Origin: Phoronis australis
Lineage: Eukaryota; Animalia; Phoronida
Assembly (NCBI GenBank): GCA_002633005.1
Contig: NMRA01000073.1
Span: 768,150 to 832,149 of the forward strand
Direction: 5' to 3'
Length of the DNA: 64,000 nucleotides
Shown here: piece by piece, positions 51,701 to 62,604 of the stretch
Numbering within the stretch: position 1 is the first letter of the stretch
Layout: the number at the start of each line of letters is the position of its first letter
Program-made: the position numbers and the translations under genes
Notes under the pieces: generated by a model
Database searches by the model: none
Told to the model about the DNA's origin: nothing
The model's input: only the letters and a program-made list of their open reading frames with translations

Positions 51701-54700
51701 CAACACAATCTGCCACAATTCTGAAATACTTTCCAACTATGTCAGTGGCGTCTCAAGGAAATGAGATTGCACTCATACTTGTATCTCCCAACGTTTTAAA
51801 TATATACACATTTAGAAATCATAGACCACGAATAGCTTCAAGACTACATTTGACTCATCAGTTAATGTTGCAGCATGTGCCGAAAAGGTATCTAGTGCAG
51901 TCAAAAACGGACTTAATTAAGTTAAGAACCAAGTGCACATTTAACTTTGTGTTCGTGTGACGATCTTTTTCAGAAATTTCGTCTCCGGTTTAACTCAGCC
52001 CGAATTTACCTCTTAACATAGATAAACTTTTGGTTTCAAGATTTAAGCCACTTTTCAGGAGACTCGCGCCCGGATTGGCATCTAGAGAGGATTACAAATC
52101 ATGACCTTGTTTTATTAAACATTAACGGATCTAGTTACATGTATATTCATTAACAATCAAACACGTGATTAAGAATAGCTTTCAGTATACCAAGGCAGCT
52201 AATACTTAGCATGGTACTCACAAGCCCTATAAAAATGCAGACCAGTTGGACGATATCCGTATAGGCGACTGAATAGAGACCTCCGAACAATGTGTAAAAT
52301 GCAGCTATGCAAGCGGACACGATGATGGCCGTTGTGTTATCCAGGCCGATTATAACGGACAATGTGGCGCCTGAAGTCAAACCGGATATGGAACTTAGTG
52401 AATACATTGTGGCCCAAATGTAATGCTTTCTAGCGCTCTTTAGGCTTAACTCTTATTGTATTTTCGTAGTAATAAACACAAAAAACACGATGTCTACCAT
52501 GTACAGTCTGAGCTAGTTCAGTTTTGCCTGACGATCAAGAAAAGTCCTTGCGACATCTGTACAGTAGAACTTATGTCAACATGCGAACAAGCTCCAATGA
52601 GTGGCCTTAAATAAAGGCCTACGTGCTCTTTGTAAAGGCGGAAACTACAAATAAAGCGCGTGCGTTCAGTAGCGCTAGGACCTACGCTAGGACTAAAATC
52701 TAGACAAAATCACATGTTCCCATTTAAAATACGCGACAACATGTCACGTAATCTCTCGAAGTCTTGCTTCATAGCGAGGTCCTAGCGTTACTGAACGAGA
52801 GGCTTGTCTTGTGAAAACAATATTGTATTTTATTACGAGTCGAAGGGTAAGAGCCATTACATGTTGCCGCGTGCTTGCAATTTTTTTTAATGTTTATTAC
52901 GAAATCTTCAGAATACAATGAATATACATAACCCAGAAAGCGCCAAGAGGCATTAGATCTGGGTAAAAAATACAAAGAAGTCTACATACAATGATTATAT
53001 ACAAATACATAAATAAAAAAACTGATGTTAAGAATACAATGATATATGACAACGAATGAAAATAATTTATTTTCATACAGATGTATAAAATTCTATCCAC
53101 TCACACAAAGAGATTTAATGTTATAAAGAAATTCTGATACTATTTCAAATAAAACCATATTTTCGTTTGAGTTAAGTTCTTGACATCCATATAGAAAGAA
53201 ATTAATTTTGTTGTACAATTGCGGAATTTCAGAGTATTTTTTATAAACATTGGGGTATTGTTCGAGTGCCTGGAAGAGCTGTACCCTCTCCTCCTTGCAT
53301 ACCTCACAAGCAAAGAAAACATGAGGATATGTCTGGGTATCTCCACAGGAACACAGAGCCGAAATATTATTAAAATTATGTCTAAATTTCTCGTTGTTTA
53401 GGAATAGACCACATCTTGATCTGTATAGGGTTATTTCATGGTTGCGGGGAAGTTGGAATGATGTCAATGGGACTGGCAAGTCTGGAGTAGTGGTATGCAT
53501 TTTAAAGTTATTTTTGAGAGTGACGATTGAAGTGCTTTCTTTTATTTTGAATGGTAAGGAATTCCAGTTGTCAATACAAGTTAATATCGTTGATCTTCTA
53601 AAGGCTTGGCTGATGGAGGCTGGAATAGTATACATATTGCTTTGCCGGAGTCCTGGTCTCGTGCTTGGTCTTTTGTAGGAGTCAAAGAGGATTTTGTTAG
53701 AGAAATTGTTTATGTTGGTTAAGACTTTGAATGTATACATGGACAGGTGGAGTTTACGACGGGTTGCTAGTTTGCTCCAGTGAAGACTATTTAGAACCTT
53801 GATTGTGTTGGACCCTTTGTATGCCCCAGTTATGGCTAAAGCTGCTTGGTATTGTAGTCTTTCTAATTGGAGAAGTATGCCAGCGTTTGCCGATTGGTAG
53901 ATTATGTCACAGTAATCTAGATGTGGAAGTACAAAAGACTTGAACAGAGTTTCAAGATGCATGGAGTTGAGATGACGAGAGATAATTCTAATTGGATTAA
54001 TTAATTTTTGTACTTTTTGAACGAGTTCGCGACAATGAGGAGTAAATGTAAGCTTATGGTCGAGTAGCAAGCCAAGATGTTTGTGCGTGAACTTATTGGG
54101 GATAACTTCCCCATTGAGTGATAATTCCAGTGTTGGATTTGTTTGGAAATGAGTATTATTAGACTTAGAAAATATAAGATCAACACTTTTTTCAGGTTTA
54201 AATTTCATCTTCCATTTGTGAGACCAGTCATAGAGTTTGTTAAGGTCAGTTTGCAATTGTAAGGAGTCATGGGGATGCTCTTTTGAGAATGGGTGGAATA
54301 TTGCAGTGTCATCAGCATATAAGAATGTTTTAGAGCTTATCGTGTCTGGAAGATCATTGATGTACAGTAAAAAGAGTAAGGGGCCTAGTACGCTACCCTG
54401 TGGTACTCCAGCATTTACGAAACCTGGCGTTGATGAAGGTGATAAGACACCCTCAATTCGGACTTTGTAAGTTCGATTTTCCAGATATGATTTTAAAAGT
54501 AAGAGGAGAGTGCCTGAGAAACCGTAAGATTGTAATTTATGTAGAAGCAGGTCATGGGGAACGACATCAAAAGCTGACGCAATGTCTAAAAATACGGATC
54601 TCACGTTGTACCCTTGCTCAAACTGGAGGTGGATGTCGTGTACAATTTCTGTAAGTTGCGACACAGTGCTGTTACCAGGCATGAATCCAAATTGGCGACG

Positions 54701-57700
54701 ATATATGAGGTTTTGTGAAGAGAGGTGGTCAAACATGTGCTGAGAAATGATTTTTTCTAAAATTTTGGATAAGGTGTTAAGTAGAGTTATGGGGCGATAG
54801 TTGGCAATGTCTGTTTTGGAGTTCTTTTTGTGTATTGGTATCATAACGCCAAGCTTCCAGTTCAAAGGAAATTTTCCAGATTGTAATATTTTGTTGTATA
54901 ATGTTGTCAGAGGAAGTGTAAGCTCTCTTGCTATTATCTTGATCATTTTATTGGTTATGAGATTGGTACCGTCGTTTTTGTTTTCGTCAATGTTTTCTAG
55001 TAGTTTTCTGACTTCAGATGGTTGGGCTTCTATGTAAGAGAGGTGTTCTAATGTTCTGTTTGGGAATTCTGGATAGTTTATTGTTGGTGCAATGTGACTC
55101 TTGGCAGTGAAGTAGTCTAGAAATAAGATACTTTTATCGGCTTTGGATGACGCCTGAGAGTTGGATTCTTTTGAGTGGATGGTGGGGTATGATGATTGCT
55201 TTACCTGTCCTCGAATTTTGTTTACTATATCCCAATATTCCTTAGAATTTTTGGAGACATTTTTGATATTGGAGATAACTTTCATCTTATAGTCTTGTTT
55301 TGTCTTTTTAATTAGTTCTTCCATACTGTTGCACTGTTCTTTGTAGCACTTGAACGTGCATGGGTTATTTGATCTTCTGAACGATCTGTACAGTTTATTT
55401 CTTTTATTTATTTCAGACTTAATGTTTTTGTTAAACCACGGTTTGTTCTTGTTTTTTATTGTTTTCATGGTATGGTTGATGGGATATTATTATCTAATAT
55501 GTTGTAGAGTGACTGTGTGAATATTGAGACTGCGTCATTTATGTCACTTTTGTTAAGTATTTCAGTCCAGTTGAATGTGGTTATGTCAGAGCGCAGTTTG
55601 TCCATGTTAATGAGGTTGTAATTCCAGATCTTCTTCATAATGTCTGGTTCTTTAGGTGGGCAGTTGAGTGTGAATGTTGTTTCTATAACGTGGTGGTCTG
55701 AGTTACCAATGGGAGGCCTTACAGAAGTGGATTCAATTAATCCGAGATTGTTTGTTATACATAAATCAAGGCAAGAATGTGAATACTCTGTTAAACGTGT
55801 CGGCTCGTTTATTAGTTGTATACAGTCATTTGTGAGGAGAATATCGAATAATTCGAGACCGGCTTGGTTGTCATTGTCTTCAGAGTACCAAGTACTATTT
55901 CTTGCGTTGAAATCCCCGTTGATAACAATCGTTTTATTAGTTTGAGAGAGTTCTTGCAATTGCTCTGAAAAGGTTTTGAAATATGCTTTCCGTTCATGGG
56001 ACGTCTGTGAGGGTGAGCGATAGAAAAAACCGTAATATACCTTTTTGTGGTTGACGTAAAGTTCAATCCAACAGTTACTCATTGATTGTATAATTTTATC
56101 ATCAATTGTTTTGTAATTTACGGAGTTGTGGACAAACAAGATCAACCCCCTCCCGACGTTAGTGTGGTAGGCAATGTGGTATTCTGGAATAATAAGTGCA
56201 CTGAGGTTGTCTTCGGACAGTGTTCCAGATTCACATATAGCAATGACCATGTAATTGTTGTCTGTAATAACTTGCTTGAGAAGATCAAATCTTGAAAGAT
56301 TGTTCGCCTTGATACTGTTGATATTAGTGAATAAGACCTTGAAGCTGGCTAAACCCTGAGTGCCTGGTCCTGGATTGACCTCTATGTCACCCGCAGTCAA
56401 AAGACTTTGCTCAATGATAACTCGGATATCACAACATGAGTTCTTCATTGTGCAGTAAACATTACGTAAGTGCTCAGTTCGGGGTCGTTTTCGTAGCAGA
56501 AGAGTGAGGTCGAGCGTAATAGACGAAAAGCAGTGGGGTATTTTTGTTTTCCAGACACCCGAACAATTATAATTATCATGTCTGTAGTTAAATAGTGATA
56601 AATTCATACAGTTCATAGTTAACATGCTTATCTAACAAGAGAAAAAGAAGTGCTTGCAATTCGAACTTTGCTGTCATTTTTGTAAGTGTTGCAACTCTGG
56701 TACCTTTCAAAACGTTAAATTACGGCCACCCGGTGTGTGAATAGGTTTAAACCCATCATGAAGATGGTATGAATTGAAACAATATTGTATTGGAAATTAT
56801 AAACTGGGCGAAGAGCAAGGTATGGGGAAATGAATCTGGAATTCGTTATAAACTGTATTTGTGCATGCTTTTATCACCTGTAATTAGGGACTATGAGTGT
56901 TTAATCAAACAAAGGTTTACCTCACAACACGAACTATGAGATTTAAAGATTTTGCCGTTTTAGGCTTCACCGATTTTTCATCAACCTTATTTGAGATTCC
57001 AAATTGTTTCGGTAGTTCCACTTAATGGAAAACGTTCTCACGCAGACACACGTAGCTCACCTAACGCAGATAGAATAGCTGCGGTCCAGAAGAGATCTCC
57101 AAGTAGAGCTGGGATATAAAGTATTCCTCCAATTCTTGCTCCATACCGTTTTTGTAAAGGGTCCAACATGGTGACATATCCCTCCTTTCTCATTTTCTTG
57201 GCGAAGAACAGTCCGCCTGATAATACACAAACCACACCAGTAATAAACTTGCCGGAAAGAATCCCGACTTTGGTGGCAGGTGTTTACATTGACTGCCAAC
57301 AGCAGCAGCACCATCACCACCAGCAACAGCAATAGCAGCAACAACAGGACCAGCAGCACGTGCAGTAGCAGCAGCAGCCGCAGTAGCAGAGGCGGAAGCA
57401 AAAGAAGCAGCAACAACGGCAGCAACTTCAAACGCAGCAATCATTAGCGTCATATTGGCCTTGGTTCACCAGCACCATACACTGATCCGATAAAAACTCG
57501 CCCGATCATGCTGGGAATCAGGATTTTACTTATTCGACGGATATGTAAATTAGGTATAAGTCGCATGAACCATTCGACTTCGATCCGATGAGTGTTCGGT
57601 TGAAAAATGGATGTCACCCCTACAGTCAGGCGATTATCGCTGGGGCAATGATAATATGATTTCGTCGTCCAGCCAATTTCTAATCGTAGGACTTCCACAA

Positions 57701-60700
57701 TTAAAGTCGTCGGGCGATGTGCTTGATATAAATCGTTTACAAGTCGACTGACGATCTACATGTTGTCGACCGATTTTAATTAGTCGGCCGACGTCAGAGG
57801 CCATCGCCTAACGTCCAGGCAATTTGTACTCAAACTTCCCTTAGTCTTAATCACGACGGAGGAGCATGGATTTCACACACCCTATCCAGCAAAAACTCCC
57901 GAACTCGATCGGCAGAGCATCGACAGATATGTACACAATTATTGGAAACCACCATCACTACCTTTTAACTATTATCTTTTAATCATAGCGGTGCCTCTGT
58001 GAAAGACGTATTTGCTCAAACAATAATTTTATTTTGAAAAAGTTTACATTGAGACGCAACTTACTTAGGTCTATCAATAATGCCTGGATTAATTCCGGGT
58101 AAATTCCATTACTTGCTGGGTTTGTTCACTCAATTAATCGGTCATGGTGTCTGTCATTTAAAGCTAGAGTTAGAGTACTGGGGCCCATTCCAACAAAACT
58201 GACTTAGCTAAGACAGATCTTAAATTTTTATAAATTTTAAAATAAAAGTCAAAACCAATTCAAGAAAGAGATCGTAAATTGTTTGACATAAGTTTTGTCT
58301 TAATTTTGACTTACTTGCCTAATGTGGAAGTTTCAAAGTTTGGAAGTTAAGAAAAATCTTAAACTTACGTCAAAAATGAACTTAAGTCAGTTTCTTGGAA
58401 CAGGCCCCTGTTCTGTCTTTTTTATAATCGCACTGATACTACCATTCTATGCTCAGCCAACTATCTATTCTCAGACGTCTAAGGACACGTTCATGATTTG
58501 CGTTTGTGGGACCGACTTCGCAACGGTATTATAACTATGGTGGGCGTGGCCTAACTGCGTTTGTCGGAACTATCCATTTAAGTATAAGACAATAACCGTT
58601 TGTTTCTCAGTTAAAGGAAAAAGACGTAGTTGAGTTTCAACTTGTACATAGAAGTAACCTTTTGTATACATCTCCACTCACCTATGAAGAGGCTGGAAGC
58701 GTATGCGAATGGTGCTTGGCACCAGATTAAGCCTTTACCCTCTTTAAAGATGACTTCAGATGTACCGTTGATGTATCCTCCGCCTACCCACGTCGCTGGA
58801 ACAGAGTTACGATGAAAAGACGGTAAAAGACTCAAACTCTCTCCTAACCCCTCTCTGTTCCTGAATCCCGTAAACATACCTCGTTGCAGGGGTCGAAATA
58901 GCACAAAGAGAAAGCGGGAAAATTACTTACTTTCACGAGTTAGTGTTTACCTGGGAGTAATATGTCATAATGGTCCCACGTATAGTTCTTCCACACAGCG
59001 TGCAACTGTTAAAACAAATAATGATTTCTCATTATAGGGTTTTGTGGTCCTGCAGGCGCTTTATTAGTTGCTTCTGTTAGAGTACGACGCCTGTTGTTAG
59101 CTGGAGGTAACTAAAGTACTCCAGTTCTTGAGTAACGTGTTGGTCTCAAACAAATGACGCTAAAATCACTTGAAGTCGCACACAATCACTACAAAACTTC
59201 TTTCAAACCTTTGTCTTCATTAGTGCCCCACCTCAGTAGATGAGCACTGGCCATTTAATCCCCAAAATGGTCGACTAAGTACTAAAAATAACATTCCTAA
59301 AGAAATTGCTATTGTTTATTAAACTTTTGAAGGAATAAGTGCTGGTGTAATTTTTCATCGAATTTGAGTAGGTGGCTTTCAATAGGCCTTTTGCGAGTTT
59401 ATAACAATAACGCGAGATTATGTGAGACTTAACTGTGACGTCACGGGAAGTGGGGCAAAAGCTTGTCGTTTGGTCATTTGCCCAATACGGTAGCAGAGTG
59501 TATTCTGTTATTGTCTTCGAGTTTTTAGCCGTTTAGTTCGAAAAATGTCCAAAAGCATTGCTGTTATGGCAAATGAACTTCAGATTCGCACTACAATACG
59601 TTCTATCGCGTTCTGTACTAATTTCGTCCCGTGTATTTTAAACGGGCGGTAGGCGAAATCCGCTCACTGGTAAAGTTTTCACCTCGTCGAAAATACATTC
59701 TACACCTAAAATTAGCACCTAAAAGGCTCTTACTTTCTTCAGTGACTCTTTCTGCTTCTAAGCATATCTTCGATGAAGCATATATACGGGAATTCAGGTG
59801 ACTTAGGCGAAGAATTCCAACTCCACTTTGTGGTTACTGTTAACTTTGTCCGCGCGCGCGATTACCACAATCAAGTAGTTCAACTGAGTCAGGTGAGTAT
59901 GAGGCAAAGGCTAGCGCGAGACTGAGCGAAGCGCGAGATCTGGCGCGTGACCTGGCGCGTGACACTTGCAAAATAGCATGAGAAAATATCAAGTGAAATT
60001 TGTAAGATTTGTGTCCCTTGGACTTTTTGTTCGTCAACAGGCGTGATTTCACGTAACTTCTTCAAAATGGCGGCTCTTTAGTGAGAGAAACTCGAGAGAA
60101 CCGCGAGGTTTTCATGAATATGCTCAAGTTATTTGTAGACTAAATTGTGTCCAGAGTCAGGGTATGTGTTAATTATAACTTCATGTGCACATATGCATGT
60201 TTCATTTGATTTTATTTGCTGTATTTTGAAGTGAATATCTTTTTATGGGGATACACTATCGCCCCTGTATGCCTGCGCCATTCAGGCCTAGAGCGGGTTA
60301 AGTTCCAATTTCAGTCCGTTCACAGCTTCGCACAACATAACAAGGTCACATTTTCTTCGTCTAATCACAGTTATTCCACGACCCATCTACCATATCTTAA
60401 GTTGTTTTAACGTTTTAAGCGTAAAATTCACCATAAGAACTCCAGTAAGTTTTAGAGTGTGTAGCAAAGACTCGGGGCAAAACAAGAGCAATATGGCGGG
60501 TTTTGCCCCTTTCCGGTGACGTCACAGTGACTAGCGAGAAACTCGCAAGTGAGCTATTATGTACACAGACTTATATTAAAAATAATCGCAATGACGAATA
60601 ACTCCATTGTAAAACACGACGTTTCGGTATAGGACGAGTAAAATTAAGGACACCGCAGACTGGAGACGTAGTAGATGGTCTGTCTGTCTCAAGTGAGCAA

Positions 60701-62509
60701 TAGATGAGCTGACAGCTCACGCCAAGGCGAGAAAAAATGTATGAACTAGCGTTTAGTTCATGTAAAAGTTCCCCTATTTTCACGCCTTGACGTGAGTTAC
60801 AGGTCAGCTATCGTTCACTTGAGGCAGCTAATTCCGGTCAAAGCCCTCCGTTTGCAATGTATAACTAATGTTACACCCATGCTGCATGGGCCGCGCAGCA
60901 CTGAAAAAAATGGGGGGCTAAAGACCTCAGCCCCCCCCCGTTTTACATCGCGTATTGACCATGGGCGGCGCAGCACTGAAAAAGTGGGAAGGGCTACAGC
61001 TCCCCAGCCGTTATGGTGCGCCTCCCACGTGTTTACGTCCCGTTTATTTCACTTTGACCAAATACAGTGTTAGGTTTCATGTAAATCCCACTGAATGTAG
61101 TTGACATTTGGCGATAACCTGCCATAAAGTGACATTTTACGATAACCCCAGATAAGCCCCGTTATTACGACTGCAATGCAACTTTATGATGATGATACAC
61201 AATATACTAGAGTTCAAATTTGATCCCGGAGACAAAATCACGAGACTAAAGTATCTACAAGACTCGGAAATGATTGACTTATGGAAAACGTGGGACCCGT
61301 GAAATGCGTGATTTTAATTGTATCCGCTAACAACAACCTGGAATACTTTATACACCGAAAGCCGGAGATAATAATTCCAATAATTTAATGGTCGCTATCG
61401 GGAAACGTTTCAACAGTGCTTAGAACTTCGCACCCATCTCAGCAAAGTTGTGTTATTATTGTCACAACGAATTCATGTTTTAATTTACATTGAATAAACA
61501 GACAAGAAATTTCTGACAATTGAATTGATGTTTCAGCAATCCGATCAAACCAAAACTGCTGGGTATTGCGTCTTTGAATTTTTCCTGACATCCGTATGTA
61601 TATCTGTACGTTTTGCGTAAAAGCAAAATACAGCTTCAGACCTGATCTGTAACGTGACATGCATTTTCCCTAAAAAGAATCACTTTTAGTACTATGCAAG
61701 TTTATATTTCATCAGGCGAGCACTCAGTTTTTCTATTTCTAGCAGATTTTTTTGTTATTTTTACACGACCGTAAATATAAATTGGGCATACTAGCGATGA
61801 GCCGGACGATATGAAGAATTATCGCCCAAACTTTGAAGGTGTTTAACCAGATATAACTATTATAAAGGTGGTGGTAATTTAATGTAGATTTAAACATATA
61901 TTAACATGAAACAAGGGTACTAAATGATCACTTCTAAGTTATCTTAGCTACATGTATGTATTAAATGATGTATGTATGCATGCATGTATGTACGTGTTTA
62001 AATCCGCTCGTTCGATACAATCCGTCATATTCCATAAAATGTACACGATGACGTCACACGTAAATGGAAGAACTTCGTATCAAAAGAGCTTGTAGTCAAC
62101 TTTATGCTTTATGTACGTATTTATATATGCATGTTTAATATACGTATATATACGTACGTATATTTCTGCCCTGGGTGTTTAATTTCAGAATGTATTGGTG
62201 TTTGTCAATTTCCCAATATCAAGCGTGGACCTGAGTGCCAAGGCAGTGCATTGTCAAGTACAAAAACTTGCGTACACACTAACTAAACACAACGATAAAC
62301 ACGTGCATATTTAAGCTTCCGCACCACTTACCCGTCATGGTGAAACACCCCACCACCATGCCAATGTTTCGTCCGGCCAACATCACTTCCTCTGTGTCCG
62401 CATTTGCTCCGGTCGACTTCGACTTTCGCCCGGCCCATATCCCAAGCACCAGGATCAGCACGTAAAATACAATTATCGATATTAAGCCAATGACATTTAA
62501 TTCTGTCAT
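48790..62509 (-). CDS. SLC5A7: High-affinity choline transporter 1 (sodium:solute symporter family), 551 aa, 7 coding exons
   Basis: Exons 62332-62509, 58682-58795, 57061-57216, 52222-52370, 51118-51282, 50207-50336 and 48790-49553 total 1656 nt, all GT-AG with consistent phases. Hallmark peptides: [75 protein letters not shown]. Confidence 0.96.
49664..49820. mobile_element. Short MITE (ttcagta.cgctaggacct TIR family), copy 1
   Basis: Ends ttcagtaacgctaggacct / aggtcctagcgtctactgaa. Homologous to 52659-52803 (reverse) and, more weakly, to ~50718-50875. Confidence 0.7.
51331..51492. repeat. 19-bp minisatellite CCACGTGGTGAAACCCTTA, ~8 units, with 6 perfect E-boxes
   Basis: CCACGTGG at 51340, 51359, 51378, 51397, 51435 and 51454. 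Variants at 51416 and 51473. Confidence 0.92.
52659..52803. mobile_element. Short MITE (ttcagta.cgctaggacct TIR family), copy 2
   Basis: cgttcagtagcgctaggacct...aggtcctagcgttactgaacg; reverse orientation relative to 49664-49820. Confidence 0.7.
53093..55468 (-). CDS. LINE reverse transcriptase region with C-terminal CCHC knuckle (791 aa)
   Basis: [49 protein letters not shown] and [16 protein letters not shown]. Confidence 0.93.
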   Translation of the reverse strand: MKTIKNKNKPWFNKNIKSEINKRNKLYRSFRRSNNPCTFKCYKEQCNSMEELIKKTKQDYKMKVISNIKNVSKNSKEYWDIVNKIRGQVKQSSYPTIHSKESNSQASSKADKSILFLDYFTAKSHIAPTINYPEFPNRTLEHLSYIEAQPSEVRKLLENIDENKNDGTNLITNKMIKIIARELTLPLTTLYNKILQSGKFPLNWKLGVMIPIHKKNSKTDIANYRPITLLNTLSKILEKIISQHMFDHLSSQNLIYRRQFGFMPGNSTVSQLTEIVHDIHLQFEQGYNVRSVFLDIASAFDVVPHDLLLHKLQSYGFSGTLLLLLKSYLENRTYKVRIEGVLSPSSTPGFVNAGVPQGSVLGPLLFLLYINDLPDTISSKTFLYADDTAIFHPFSKEHPHDSLQLQTDLNKLYDWSHKWKMKFKPEKSVDLIFSKSNNTHFQTNPTLELSLNGEVIPNKFTHKHLGLLLDHKLTFTPHCRELVQKVQKLINPIRIISRHLNSMHLETLFKSFVLPHLDYCDIIYQSANAGILLQLERLQYQAALAITGAYKGSNTIKVLNSLHWSKLATRRKLHLSMYTFKVLTNINNFSNKILFDSYKRPSTRPGLRQSNMYTIPASISQAFRRSTILTCIDNWNSLPFKIKESTSIVTLKNNFKMHTTTPDLPVPLTSFQLPRNHEITLYRSRCGLFLNNEKFRHNFNNISALCSCGDTQTYPHVFFACEVCKEERVQLFQALEQYPNVYKKYSEIPQLYNKINFFLYGCQELNSNENMVLFEIVSEFLYNIKSLCVSG
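55465..56625 (-). CDS. LINE leader peptide, 2A-like motif and apurinic-type endonuclease (386 aa)
   Basis: [14 protein letters not shown], followed by APE motifs TNINS, ICES, YRSP, GDFNA, LDL and SDH. Confidence 0.9.
   Translation of the reverse strand: MLTMNCMNLSLFNYRHDNYNCSGVWKTKIPHCFSSITLDLTLLLRKRPRTEHLRNVYCTMKNSCCDIRVIIEQSLLTAGDIEVNPGPGTQGLASFKVLFTNINSIKANNLSRFDLLKQVITDNNYMVIAICESGTLSEDNLSALIIPEYHIAYHTNVGRGLILFVHNSVNYKTIDDKIIQSMSNCWIELYVNHKKVYYGFFYRSPSQTSHERKAYFKTFSEQLQELSQTNKTIVINGDFNARNSTWYSEDNDNQAGLELFDILLTNDCIQLINEPTRLTEYSHSCLDLCITNNLGLIESTSVRPPIGNSDHHVIETTFTLNCPPKEPDIMKKIWNYNLINMDKLRSDITTFNWTEILNKSDINDAVSIFTQSLYNILDNNIPSTIP
57298..57440. repeat. Degenerate (CAG/CAA)n trinucleotide tract in SLC5A7 intron 2
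   Basis: agcagcagcaccatcaccaccagcaacagc... It produces spurious poly-Leu and poly-Ala ORFs. Confidence 0.8.
58179..58409. mobile_element. MITE (ggggcccgttccaagaaactgac-type TIR), copy 2
   Basis: ggggcccattccaacaaaactgacttag ... cttaagtcagtttcttggaacaggcccc; colinear with 33733-33964. Confidence 0.72.
59384..60555. mobile_element. Non-autonomous DNA transposon with AT flanks and a THAP remnant (ISL2EU-like, tentative)
   Basis: Ends ag...ttgcgagttt / aaactcgcaa...ct, flanked by aat| and |att. Subterminal inverted repeat actgtgacgtcacgggaagtggggcaaaa / ttttgcccctttccggtgacgtcacagt. Decayed KHCCYGK*TSDSHY at ~59553-59594. Confidence 0.62.
60885..61030 (+). mobile_element. Tandem pair of short hAT-like MITE fragments
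   Basis: catggg(c/g)(c/g)gcgcagcactgaaaaa occurs at ~60886 and ~60961. The second copy ends in the inverted tgcgcctcccacg. Confidence 0.45.
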
Positions 62510-62597
62510 CGTGGACACCCGGGCACTAATCACTTAAGATGCACAGCACTTAAAGAGCCTCGCGCGCTCACTGGTATGATCTCAGTGATTTTATGAG

Positions 62598-62604
62598 TTA
62601 TATA
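62598..62604 (-). promoter_or_regulatory. TATA box of SLC5A7 (TATATAA)
   Basis: Minus-strand TATATAA ~30 bp upstream of an Inr-like CCAGT (~62570-62574) and ~90 bp upstream of the ATG. Confidence 0.5.

Larger units (their letters stand above)
52883..56649 (-). mobile_element. Young APE-RT non-LTR retrotransposon (CR1/L2/Crack group), TSD-flanked, sense-oriented in SLC5A7 intron 3
   Basis: Direct repeat GTGCTTGCAATT at 52871-52882 and 56650-56661. The 3' end has AATAAA, a short A-tail and a stem-loop. EN and RT coding regions have intact motifs. Confidence 0.93.

Noticed and set aside
57057-57453. Poly-Leu and poly-Ala ORFs resembling signal peptides or TM proteins
   Set aside because: They are translations of an intronic (CAG/CAA)n tract. 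The real exon (57061-57216) is in another frame.
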